Source: Thecamonas trahens ATCC 50062
Lineage: Eukaryota > Protista > Apusomonadida
NCBI RefSeq assembly: GCF_000142905.1
Contig: NW_013657656.1
Span: 282,991-346,990, forward strand
Length of the DNA stretch: 64,000 bases
Direction: 5' to 3'
Position 1 is the first letter of the stretch; every line of letters begins with the position of its first letter. Below, in pieces: positions 9,851-20,623 of the stretch. The position numbers were made by a program, and so were the translations under genes. The notes below the pieces were generated by a model, which ran no database searches, was not told where the DNA came from, and saw only the letters and a list, made by a program, of their open reading frames with translations.

Positions 9851-12421
9851 TTAAACCACACTGTGCGATGAGCAAACGATGCACTGGACTTGGGGAATGG
9901 CGTTGCAGCCGGGACAGAGAAAGCCGTGCTCACAGTCGAGAGCAATGAGCCGGCGCGGCGTTGAACGGCAGACCTGGCAGATGCGGGCAAGGGCGCGCGA
10001 GCGCTCCTTGGCCTCGCGGACGCAGGCGATGCACGAGACTTGGGGAGGCGGGCGCACGAGGCGCAAATGTACGCATGCTCGCACTCGAGCAGTGAGAGCC
10101 GCGCCCGCGACTCGCCGCATGTCTGGCATGCCCGCGGAAGCTCCGCAAGCCGTGCCTTGCGCTCCTTGACGCACGTCCCGCACGTCAGCTGCTTGGTGTC
10201 GCGGCATGAGCGGCAGAGCCGACCATGCCCGCACTCCATGTCGTACAGCAGGCGCGGTACGGTGGCGCAGACGTGGCACTCGCGCGGCAGGTGCCGGACC
10301 GCCATCCGCCGCGCCGCCTCACACACCGCACACGAGACCTGCGGCAGCGCTGCACAGTGGGTGCAGACCGAGCCGTGTCCACAGTCAAACTTTGTGATCG
10401 AGCCCTTGGCCGTTCCGCACACCTGGCACGATCGTATTGACGTCTCGTCGCTCTCCATCTCGTGGAGCGACTCGAGCGAGAGTGCAGGCGGGAGCGTGAC
10501 TGACGACCGGGTCTTTGCCGACGCCATACGTGTCCGGCGAAGCTGGGTCAGCCACGAATCGCGCTCCTGGGCCGAGTTGAGAATGAGGACTAGGAGCGCG
10601 GGGTGCTCGCCCGTGGCGTCGCGCCGGGTCCGCCGAAGCACAAGCGCCCGCGACATGTCGTGGTCAGAGAGCCCGCCAAGTCGCGGCCACGACGCCCCGT
10701 CGGTCTCAGCGTAGCTCGACGGAAGCAGCGGCTCGAGATCTGGCACCCGGTGCGACTGTTTCGCAAACATCGAGCCGTGGTCCGGATACACCAGAAAGAG
10801 GTTCTTGAACGGGAGGAGGCGGACAAAGGCCTGCTCGGTCGCCCACGTCCGCTGCATCAGCCGCTTCTTGACTCGTGGCCAGCGGATCCGACAGTGGGCT
10901 TCGACCGGACGGAGCGGAATCTGCCGCTCGTCGAGCTCGGGCAGAGCCTCTTCTACAGTTGCTGACCGCGTCCGCCGGTGGCCGGCCCGCTGCATTGCTC
11001 GCGGCGTTGCGCTCCACGGCTCACCATGAGCGTCCTTGGCCACCACCCGGTACACAATGTTGTTGATAGCAATGGCAACAGCAAGTGTGGCAAATGCGTG
11101 GAGCGAGACCGTGAACGGGAGCGTCTCGCCGAGCGTCGACGAGAAGATGGCCTTGACCGGCACCTCGGTGGCTGCCGCCCACGTCGCCACCGTCTCGCCC
11201 GGCGAGACCGGAAAGCCCTCACCGCCGATGATCACGTGGGTGCACGCCTGCCCGCTCTCATTGAGCACAACCACAAATGCCGGCGCCGCCGCGAGGTCGC
11301 CGACCACAGACAGCGCGCCGTCGTCGCGGTACGCGAGCCGGACCGCGGTCCCGGCGTTTGCCAGCGGATCAAGCTGCGGTGCGGACCGCGACGCAAAGTC
11401 AAGGACAAAGACCTCGCTGTCAAGCCTGATCGCCATCCCGGCCTCGCGGAACTCGCCCATGGTGACTGAGAGAGCCAGCGGTGCACCATCGACTGCCTGT
11501 GGCTCACTTGCCACAATGAGGTTGTGTTGAAACACCTCCCCAAGCGTCTCAGATGGCAGACACTCAAACTGAGACGCGCCAGCCACCACAATGAGGCTGC
11601 CGTCGTCGCCGTCCCGGATCCGCATCGGCTGCGGCGCAGTCTCCATGTTGTGGACCGACTCGAGTCGCGCCCGCTGCAGTGGCGGCATGCCACGGGCCCA
11701 CGACCGCGGCGTCGTCGGCGACTCGACCACAGGCAAACTCTTGCCTATGCTTACCGCCACCACGTCGTCGGGCACCCGCTTGGGCGGCGGCGGCGGCGAG
11801 CTCATGCCCGCCTCCTCGCCCGCCAGCTGCGCCTTGACCTCCTGGTACTCGGCGTAGAGCACCGCTGTCTCCTCATGCGGTGCCTTGCGTGCCATCGCAG
11901 CCTTGATTGCAGCCTTGAGCTCGGTCTTGCGGGCAAGCAGTCGGTCGTCGCTGCCATGAGTTGCAGGCGGTGCGGCTGGCTCGGGCGAGAGCAGCATGAC
12001 TGCCGACGCAGCCGTCGGACCAGTTCGTCCGACGTCATCTATCACGACCGGCAGCGGCGCCTCGATCGTCGCCTTGAGCCGTTGGTACTCGTCGTACAGT
12101 GGCTGGATGTCCTCTCGCGCGGAGCCCTCGGACATGGCCACCCGGATGGCGTCCTTGACCGCAGCCTTGCGGGCGATGGCCTTGAGCCTCGCGGACACAA
12201 CCTTGTACTCGTCGTAGAGCGGGGCGATGGTCTCGACCGGCGCGTCCTCCTCCTGTGCAACCGGACCCCAAGCATTCTAGTGAGCGACGTGTCCAATGCG
12301 TGGCCATGGCTATGCCCACCACCGCCACCGCCACCGCCACCCCTGCTTCACACTCGTGACGTACCTTCAGTTCCGCAATTCGCCGCTTCAACTCGGTCTT
12401 CCGCACACTCAAGTCGGCCAT
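9851..12421 (-). CDS. Protein with N-terminal helical repeats, a PH-like domain and four tandem C3HC4 RING-like fingers (intron 12364-12253; apparent 1-nt frameshift near 10043)
   Basis: Exon 1 MADLSVRKTELKRRIAELK splices in phase to EEDAPVE. LILNSAQERDSWLTQL is a PH C-terminal helix. Four CxxC-x11-CxH-x3-CxxC-x7-CxxC units; the end of unit 3 and unit 4 lie in the shifted frame ending at 9851. Confidence 0.7.
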
Positions 12422-12629
12422 GACGGTCGCCACCCCCAAGCACACGCGGCACAAAGGCGAAAGATAGGGGAGGGAGAGAGGGGAGGGAGCGAGAGAGCGA
12501 GAGAGAGACTGTTGCGCGAGAATATATACCCTGCCCTGGGTGGGTGGGGCGACAAGTGTGCTGCCTGTCAGGTCAGGTGACCGACCAGCTTGGGTGCAGG
12601 CACGTTCTAATCTCTTCCAGCAGGAGAGG

Positions 12630-12770
12630 CCAGATGCTATTCGGCATGCCGACGACCACGACGACTACCCGAGTGGTTGTCAAAGATCGTCGGCACATAG
12701 TCGCCCGGAAGCACATTGGTTGTTTATGCAACGGGCGTGCATAACTTGAACAACGCTCCGATCACTCATG
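12630..12770 (-). pseudogene. Degenerate Rac/Rho GTPase fragment
   Basis: Reads KLCTPVA*TTNVLPGDYVPTIFDNHS versus Rac [26 protein letters not shown]; in-frame stop and flanking frameshifts. Confidence 0.7.
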
Positions 12771-13394
12771 CACTGCATAGACAACCATCCCCCGCGAGCC
12801 AGTGACGATGAACAAGCGTGGGCCATCATACATCACCGCTATCAGCATCGATCCGGCGAGAACACTTGCACAGCTTCCGTGACTCTGGATTCTCGCGCGC
12901 ATCGACGACGCGGCCTGGGACGGCCTAGCCAACTGTGGGCTCATAGTCAAAGACATCGTGGTAGGCGCGACACATGGCACACGCTGTCCACTCTGGGCGC
13001 GAGAGGCAGCCGAGCTTGCGAGCAAGCTCTACTAGTTTGGGCTGCACATTCGCCTCCTTCCCACTCTAGTGCGAGCGCCACTCTTCATCAGTCATGGCGT
13101 TGAGAAAGGCGGTGAGATCGGCGGGTTCCGGAACGTCTAGGACATCTACGAACGAGTTGATTGCGGTGGACAGCCTCGGCTGTTGTTGGAGCAGTCTTGG
13201 TTGGCGAGGCTCTCTCAGCTGGCGATGCCGTCCGTCCTCACAGGACCAAGAGCATCACAGCCACCCAGAAACAAAACAAAAGCCATCACCTATCACCTGC
13301 GGGCATCATCGCAAGGCCCCCGATAGACTCATGGTAGACAGTGGTATCGCATTTGATCACCTTGATATAAAATAGATAGCCGGTGATGTCCACT

Positions 13395-13438
<44 letters not shown>

Positions 13439-13472
13439 GGTGAAGGAGGGGCCACTCGACTCGAAAATATTC

Positions 13473-14869
13473 ATGGCTGCCGAGAACAACCCGCTGGGTG
13501 TGGACGTGGCATCGGCCGCTCGCGACGGTTCGGTCCAGAGCAACGGGCCCGTTGCCCTCATTACCGGAATCACCGGCCAGGATGGCTCGTACCTCACCGA
13601 GCTTCTTCTTGACAAGGGTGCGTATTGTCCAAACTCATTGCTGCTTCGCCTAGCCCATGCCTCTTGCCTAGTTCCGTTGCCGGCCGTGGATTCCCATTTT
13701 GTCGTTTCGGGCGGGAGGAAGGAAGGGCGGGAGGGGGGGGGGAGGGGGAGGGGAAATGCAATAGAGAGGGCGATTGCGAAAGGCAAGGGGGGGTAAGGGA
13801 GGTGGAGGCACGGTTGGTGGTATGGGCTCACGAGGAGTCGAATTGTGTGTGTGTGTGTGTGTGCGTGTGTGTGCGTGTAGGCTACACTGTTCATGGCATC
13901 ATCCGCCGCTCGTCGTCGTTCAACACGGGCCGCATCGAGCATTTGTACGAGGACCCGCACCGCGACTCGCGGCGGCTTGTGCTTCACTACGGTGACATGA
14001 CGGACACGACGAACCTTCTGTCAATTGTGCAGATTGCCAAGCCCGATGAGGTGTACAACCTCGCCGCACAGTCGCATGTCAAGGTCTCATTTGAGCTGCC
14101 CGAGTACACGGCTGATGTGGACGCTGTCGGCGTCCTCCGCATTCTCGACGCCATCCGCGCCGCCAACCTCGGCAAGCAGGTCAAGTTCTACCAGGCCTCC
14201 ACCTCGGAGCTCTACGGTCTTGTGCAGGAGGTGCCGCAGTCCGAGACGACGCCGTTCTACCCGCGCTCGCCCTACGCTGTGGCCAAGCAGTATGCTTACT
14301 GGATCGTTGTCAACTACCGCGAGGCATACAACATGTTTGCCTGCAACGGCATCCTGTTCAACCACGAGTCACCGCGCCGTGGAGCCACCTTTGTCACCCG
14401 CAAGATTACCCGCGCTGTGGCCAAGATCGCCGCCGGCAAGCAGAAGGTTGTCTACCTCGGCAACCTCGACGCCAAGCGCGACTGGGGCCATGCCCGCGAC
14501 TACGTCCGCGGCATGTGGATGATGATGCAGGCCGAAGAGCCTGAGGACTTTGTCCTCGCCACCGGCGAGACACACACCGTCCGCTCCTTCTGTGACGCCG
14601 CCTTTAAGGTCATCGGTGTCGAACTGACCTGGCAGGGCGAGGGCATCGAGGAGGTCGGCATCTCGTCGGTCACTGGCGAGCCCGTCGTCAAGGTTGACCC
14701 GGCCTACTTCCGCCCCACCGAGGTTGATCTCCTCCTCGGCGACCCGACCAAGGCCCGCACCAAGCTCGGCTGGGTCCCTGAGGTCACCTTTGATGCCCTC
14801 GTCCGCGACATGGTTGTCGCCGACCTCGAGGAAATCGGCGCCGGCGACAAGGTCGTCGCTGCTGAGTAA
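13473..14869 (+). CDS. GMDS: GDP-mannose 4,6-dehydratase (intron 13618-13880)
   Basis: [64 protein letters not shown]. Confidence 0.97.
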
Positions 14870-15155
14870 CCGTTGCCTGCCCTTCCCGGTCCGCCGCTGC
14901 GCTGCCACGCTCGGCGCAACTGCTTCTAGCACCTAAATCCAGTGATCGTACCTGGCTCCCTTCTCTGGCCTAACACGCCTAACACGCCCATTCCCGCGCT
15001 CGCACCTGGCAAGCGGTCGGCTCAAGTCGGACGCGTGCCTTGCCGCCGCGGCGCGCGCCCGCTCCGAGCCAAGGCAAAGGACTGGTGCTCGCAGCAAGAG
15101 AATATACTCGTCTCGGGGAGAGTAGAGGTGGACAAGGAGAGACACGGGAGCAGGC

Positions 15156-15307
15156 ATGGCTGCCACACCCGTGTACAAGGTCTGTGTCCTCGGCTCAGCA
15201 GGCTCAGGGAAGACCACCTGGCTGAGGCGACACGCCACGGGCGAGTTTGTGGCCGAGCACACCCGTACGCATCCATTGTCACTGCGCACGCGCATGCATG
15301 CCCACAT

Positions 15308-15388
<81 letters not shown>

Positions 15389-16087
15389 CACGCATGCGCA
15401 CACTTTCACATAGAGTGGTCAATGGTTGGGGTGGATGGTGGCGGCCGGGTGACTCACGGTGGCACCCGAGTGGCTGGTGTGGTGGACGATGCTCGACAAC
15501 GATGCTCTCGACGTCGGGTACGGGATCTGATTGGGGGGATACTACGGCTGGCTACAGCTACGGTCGGCGTTGAGGTTCTCTCGTTGACCTTTAACACCAC
15601 CCGTGGACCAATCACCTTTCAGATGTGGGACATGGCCGGAACGGACAAGTTTGCCGGGCTCGGCGAAGACTATCTGCTCAACGCCGACGCCGCAGTGGTG
15701 TTCTTTGATGTCACAGACAAGTCGTCGTACAAGGCTGTCAAGACCTGGTTCGACATGGTTGAGAGCAAGGATGTCAGCCTGGCTGTCCTCGTCGGGAGCA
15801 AGGTCGACAGCTCGGCCCGCGAGGTCTCCAGCTCCTCGGTCACCTTTCACCGCAAGCGCAACGTCCAGTACTACGAGATCTCGTCCAAGTCCAACTACAA
15901 CTTTGAAAAGCCATTCCTCTACCTCGCTCGCCGTCTTACTAACGACCGCGATCTCCAGTTTGTTGAGACCGTCGAGACCGATGAGCTCGCTGCTGACGCT
16001 CCTGCTCCTGCTCCTGCTCTTGCTGCTGTTTCTGTGGCTCCATCTTGCGACGATCCCTCACCCATCCTCACCGCCGCATCCGAGTAA
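15156..16087 (+). CDS. Divergent Ran-like small GTPase (intron 15265-15557)
   Basis: GKTTWLRRHATGEF, TVGVEV, FNTTRGPI, TFHRKRNVQYYEISSKSNYNFEKPFLYLARRL are Ran signatures; G3 motif altered to DMAGT. Confidence 0.85.
15309..15390. repeat. (CA)n microsatellite in the Ran-like intron
   Basis: About 70-80 bp CA run. Similar runs at about 304-345, 7093-7203, 13398-13435, 13845-13878 and 54243-54295. Confidence 0.95.
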
Positions 16088-16451
16088 ACAAGCCCGCCAA
16101 TCCCGCTCTCCGCAGCACCTTTCCTCTCCGGGATGCTTTGCAATCACGCCTCGCGAGCCTGTCGCAATCGTGCTTCCGTCGGCTGCCAAATCAGTGCCTG
16201 CGTCACGGCGACGGCACAGCCCGGGCGAGAGCGCGACGTTCCAACAAGACACTTGTCGCTATGGCAGCCTCCGAAGATGACCACGGCTGGGCGCTGGGCT
16301 TTGTCTCGGCTAAGCTGCAGGCAGTGGCGAGCTGGCCAGATACAGACGGCTTTGCCGCCCGGGACGCCGCATATGCCGCACCCGCGCCGCTGCCGCTGCT
16401 GCCGCCGCTGAGCATTGGAAGGATCTGTGCGGCAGTGCAAAAGACCTAGGT

Positions 16452-18056
16452 TTGTCGTCGGCATGCGTCGTATCTGGACTCCTCAACGAGCTCATTGATT
16501 GTGCCACATCTCGGACGTACTGGAACGAAGCTGCAGAGGCCCTGGCGGCTGCTGATCACGACATCATCGGCGTCCATGTCACCGATCCGGTGGCGGTCGT
16601 ACTCCCCTTTCTGGACGGGCACGAGGTCGACGAGCCCGAGCCCACGGCCAAGGCTAGCGGCGGAAAGAGCGACGATGATGATGGTGGTGGTGGTGGTGGT
16701 AGCGGGCCGATTGCCGATCCCAACTCGATGTTTACCTACTCGGCAGCTGGTGCGAGCGCGGTCGAGGACCACCTCCTGCAGACTGCACGGATGGCCGGCA
16801 TCAGCGTGCCGCTCGTCGCCAGGCCGACTCCAGACGACGCCATCGCTGCGCTCTGGCCAGTTGTCCGTGATGAGCTGGGCGTTCAAGAGGCGGTCATCGA
16901 GAGTCTGGGTGGCAAGCCTGTGTCTGTGGTCCAAGTCGAGGTCTACAAGCAGATGCACAACGCGTTCTGTGGCTACTACATGCTGACCAACACTGCTGGG
17001 CTGGTGGCAGCTCTACTTGCCGGGCCGGCATCGGCAGTCGGGCGGGGAGCCATTTCGCGGCTGAGCAACGCTGCGCACTCGTGGCAGAGCTACGCAGTGA
17101 CCCGGGCCAGGCTCCTGAGTTATCTCGCCGAAAAGGGTGACGAGCTCTGGTTTCCGTGGGAGGCCAAGGCCATCCAGTCCGGCTCGATGGAGCGTGCGCA
17201 CGTTCAGTACCTGATGACCCAGATGCTGACACCCCGGGCGGTCGCCCGTCTGGCTGCTGCGCACATCCAGATCGTGTATCTTTCTGACGTGGCGCTCCTC
17301 CTCAAAGGCGTGTTTGGCGAGCAGCGGCTGGCCGCTCTCTCCAAGGTCTTTGATACCTTTCACAACCAGGCCTCGTCGGCGGTGGTGGTCTGCCTCGGCC
17401 TCGCCACCCACTGGGTCACAATCGGGGTGACCAAGAGTGGCGACGCCGACGGCGTCCGGTTGTACATGCTCAACTCGCTCAACTCGCCGGTGCTCGGCAA
17501 GGACGACGCCGGCCTGTGGGAGGTCTGCCTCGATGCTGCCGACTCGCGATGGTTCCGTGAGGGCAAGCGCTACGAGTATGGCCGTCTCCTGCTGTACCTT
17601 CAGATGATGGCCGACTGCCAGGCGGCGCTGAGCGTCCTTGCCTCGCTTGCCATCGGCGAGCTCTCGGTCTTTGACCACTGGATCGACGGCGGTCTCGGCT
17701 CTGTTCTCGACTCGTTTGAGTCCCGCGCCTGGCCGCTTGCTCCACTTGCTCTGCCTCCCCCCGCCGACGCCGTCGTTGTCCTCGAGGCCTGGCTCTCGTC
17801 GTACTTTCCGCCCAAAATCATCGAGGAGATCGCGCTGCCGCGGCTGGCCGCTCTCGCCGCCTCGTCACGCGACGAGCTGCCGCCCAGGCTGGTTGCCTTT
17901 TACGCATCCATCCGTACGCTCGCGGACACGTCTGCATATGGCGCCCTTGCCGCCGCCTCGCCGGCCCTCCCGCGACTCGTCGAGACTCTAGACGCAATGG
18001 CTGAAGCTGCGCCGCGACTCGACGCGGACGCAAACGCGCGAGCCTCGGCCACTTGA
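16452..18056 (+). CDS. Uncharacterised protein with papain/Josephin-like Cys-His-Asn motifs; true start probably ATG 16261 via a tiny intron or frameshift
   Basis: Long ORF with strong coding bias; KQMHNAFCGYY, HWVTI, LYMLNSLN motifs. Confidence 0.6.
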   Translation: MSSACVVSGLLNELIDCATSRTYWNEAAEALAAADHDIIGVHVTDPVAVVLPFLDGHEVDEPEPTAKASGGKSDDDDGGGGGGSGPIADPNSMFTYSAAGASAVEDHLLQTARMAGISVPLVARPTPDDAIAALWPVVRDELGVQEAVIESLGGKPVSVVQVEVYKQMHNAFCGYYMLTNTAGLVAALLAGPASAVGRGAISRLSNAAHSWQSYAVTRARLLSYLAEKGDELWFPWEAKAIQSGSMERAHVQYLMTQMLTPRAVARLAAAHIQIVYLSDVALLLKGVFGEQRLAALSKVFDTFHNQASSAVVVCLGLATHWVTIGVTKSGDADGVRLYMLNSLNSPVLGKDDAGLWEVCLDAADSRWFREGKRYEYGRLLLYLQMMADCQAALSVLASLAIGELSVFDHWIDGGLGSVLDSFESRAWPLAPLALPPPADAVVVLEAWLSSYFPPKIIEEIALPRLAALAASSRDELPPRLVAFYASIRTLADTSAYGALAAASPALPRLVETLDAMAEAAPRLDADANARASAT

Positions 18057-18067
18057 CCACCATATTG

Positions 18068-19114
18068 ATGCGCTTGGTTCTTGCTTGCATTTGTGTCGTT
18101 GTGGTTGCAACAGCAGTTGCAGTTGACCCCAATCATGCTCTTGCGCGCTCTGCTTCGCATTTGGCTGTCAACACCCGCAGGCTTGTCGATGGGTACGACA
18201 ACACGCTGGTGGTGTGTGTGCGGCTTTTTCCGGAGATCGGTAAAAATGTGGCTCGCGATCACACATGCCCCCCTCTCACTCACCTTCCCCAACACTCACA
18301 CTCACACACACACACACGCAGAACGCTCGTCATCTGTGAGCCAGTCAGCCGATGGTACCCTGCAATGCAGGGCATAGCAGACTACGTTCAACTCGAGCTG
18401 GATCATGCAGAGGTCAAGACGCGAGTGCTGGAGGTGTGGACGGCGCCCGAATCTGGGAAGGACAGCGCAGGCACACGCGCGGTTCTGCTGGCGACGGTGA
18501 CGGTGGTCCTGGCGCGGGTTGAGGCTGGAGGGAGGCGCAACGGAACCTGCTTTCACCAGGAGAACGGCCTGGATGTGAGGCGCAAGTGGGTGGGATCGTT
18601 TGTGTTTGATCTGCCGCCGACAGCCGCGGTGGCGGCGTTGATGGTGGCCGGGAGCGCCACTCCTGCAGTGGTGGTGGCGCTTCCGCCTGTGGCGGTTGCG
18701 GGACCGGTCATCCGGCTCGGCCCGGTGCGGATTGTCGACCGAGGCAGAGACGGAGACCGAATCGCGCTCGTAGTTGTGGCAGCTGGCGCAGTTGCGGTGG
18801 GGCTCGGTGCGGGCGGGTGCGCGCGGCGAGGACGCCGGCCAGCAGTGTCGGCGGAGGAGACGAGCACGGTTGGCGCGGCCGAGACCGCGACTGATGCTAA
18901 CGCCGAAGCCACCGGCTCTTCTGAGACTCCCATGGTGGTGATTGAGGGCGGGCGGCGACAATACAACTCGCTGGCGTCGTACGCCGGTGGGTGGGGCTCG
19001 GGCGGCGACGGGCGCAGCCGGATGCGGTTCATCCAGATGGCGGTCCCGCCACAGTACAACGTCGAGTACACGACAGGGCGCGACGGCGACGAGCACGACT
19101 CGCTGTTCCGGTAG
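18068..19114 (+). CDS. Hypothetical secreted or membrane protein (probable intron ending at about 18320)
   Basis: Signal-peptide-like N-terminus MRLVLACICVVVVATAVA; hydrophobic segment IALVVVAAGAVAVGLGAG. Confidence 0.45.
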   Translation: MRLVLACICVVVVATAVAVDPNHALARSASHLAVNTRRLVDGYDNTLVVCVRLFPEIGKNVARDHTCPPLTHLPQHSHSHTHTRRTLVICEPVSRWYPAMQGIADYVQLELDHAEVKTRVLEVWTAPESGKDSAGTRAVLLATVTVVLARVEAGGRRNGTCFHQENGLDVRRKWVGSFVFDLPPTAAVAALMVAGSATPAVVVALPPVAVAGPVIRLGPVRIVDRGRDGDRIALVVVAAGAVAVGLGAGGCARRGRRPAVSAEETSTVGAAETATDANAEATGSSETPMVVIEGGRRQYNSLASYAGGWGSGGDGRSRMRFIQMAVPPQYNVEYTTGRDGDEHDSLFR

Positions 19115-19151
19115 CTCAGCCAGTAAGACGGGCCAAGTTTTTGGGAGTGAG

Positions 19152-20186
19152 TCAGCGGTCAGCAGCGTTGGCCACAAACTCGATGGGGTTGTGGCCCTTG
19201 GGGCACGCGTGCTGCGAGCGGAAGTCGAGGTAGAGCAGAGCCGAGTTGAGATGGTACCAGAAGATCCATGCGGCGATGGCGTGCCAGATCATGTGCGAGT
19301 GGCCAAAGTAGTCAAAGGTGCCCGGGAACCAGCGCTCCGGGATCTGGGTGACGTAGATGACGGCGGCGACTCCGAGCCAGAAGAACACCATGAGCATGCG
19401 ACCGAGAATGAGCGAGACCTCCTCGGCGGCCCAGCCGTGGAGGTAGACCCAGTGCGAGATGGGGACGACAGCAAGGCCGGCCAACATGCCATACATGCCA
19501 AGCCGGGTGTAGTAGCCCTGGTGGAAGAGGCCGATGGAGGGAAAGAGGAGAAGGCCGAGGGTGGCGGCAGAGACAAGAGTGATGAGCAGCTGGTAAAACG
19601 AGGAGAGGAGCGGGTAGCAGGCAAAGCCAAAGTGGATGCCCGGCATGAAGGCGGCCGACATGAGCAGGGCGATGCCCATGTAGTCGAGCCGGGCAAGGAG
19701 GGCCGAGACCGGCGCCGATGTGCAGTAAAAGGTGTGGAAGATGGCCGAGGCGGCAAAGGCGACCACGCCGGCGGCCAGGTAGATGGCAAAGGCTGACGAG
19801 TGGCCGGCGACGACGTCGGCGCCCGGGCCATCGGCGCCCACCGCGCGAGCAACCGGATCAAAGACCCAGCTCCGGACAACCAGCGCGTGGAGAAGAGCAG
19901 CAGCAAGGCCGGTGGCGGCAAGGTGGCTCCACATGTTGGCGCTCTCGTTGTGCAGACGGAAGATCGAGACAAGACAAAGCCGGAACGAAAAGTATGCTCG
20001 GTAGCCACTGAGGATGTACCGGTTGGTGGCGAGCCATGCTGGCGCCGCCGCGTAGTCGACCAGCACGTACTCGCGCGGCCGCCCGTAAACCGGCGTGGGC
20101 TTCTCCCCGCTCTCACCAGCCCACCGTCGTCCTCTGCTCACCCACGGCGAGCTTGCGCTCGACGTGCTGCTCTCTGTTCGTCGCAT
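19152..20186 (-). CDS. PAQR / adiponectin-receptor (HlyIII) family membrane protein
   Basis: NRYILSGYR, LHNESANMWSH, SAIFHTF, LDYMGI, IPERWFPGTFDYFGHSHMIWH. Confidence 0.93.
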   Translation of the reverse strand: MRRTESSTSSASSPWVSRGRRWAGESGEKPTPVYGRPREYVLVDYAAAPAWLATNRYILSGYRAYFSFRLCLVSIFRLHNESANMWSHLAATGLAAALLHALVVRSWVFDPVARAVGADGPGADVVAGHSSAFAIYLAAGVVAFAASAIFHTFYCTSAPVSALLARLDYMGIALLMSAAFMPGIHFGFACYPLLSSFYQLLITLVSAATLGLLLFPSIGLFHQGYYTRLGMYGMLAGLAVVPISHWVYLHGWAAEEVSLILGRMLMVFFWLGVAAVIYVTQIPERWFPGTFDYFGHSHMIWHAIAAWIFWYHLNSALLYLDFRSQHACPKGHNPIEFVANAADR

Positions 20187-20623
20187 GGGAGAGGAGTACT
20201 CAAGGCGCGGTGGGAAGGGGGGGGGCCACGGAGGTGTGGGCGTGGGTGCGACACGACGACATGCCACAATGACACAACCCATTCTGCGAGCGGACAGTAA
20301 CCGTGGGACAGGTGGTGATTATCCCGGCGGACCTAGCGTCTGTTAACCATGTGTTGGCGAAGATTCATCGAAGCAATGAGGGAAACCGAACGCTCGATGC
20401 AGGCTGTATTGCAAGCTACTTTCGTCGGCCCTCCGGGCGCAAGCTCGCGAGGCAATTTCTCGGGCCATCAGAGCCCTTTCTTCTTTTGCTCCGCTTGGTA
20501 CCCTCCTCCTCCCCAACCAAAAGGGGGGGGGGGGCGTGCTGTGGGTCTTTTTTTTTGTTGGGGATCTGGCGGTGGGCGGAGCTACTCTTCTCTCCCCTGC
20601 AGCCGCGACCAAGGTCGCACGCC

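Noticed and set aside
10040-10047. Frameshift inside the third RING repeat
   Set aside because: One extra base in the homopolymer restores LPQVSC as in repeat 1; likely homopolymer error, and it removes the false overlap of ORF 9403-12198 with the upstream gene
12780-13240. Stop-interrupted protein-like minus-strand frame (…VPEPADLTAFLNAMTDEEWRSH*SGKEANVQPKL…) next to the Rac relic
   Set aside because: Possibly another decayed gene, but no family could be recognised
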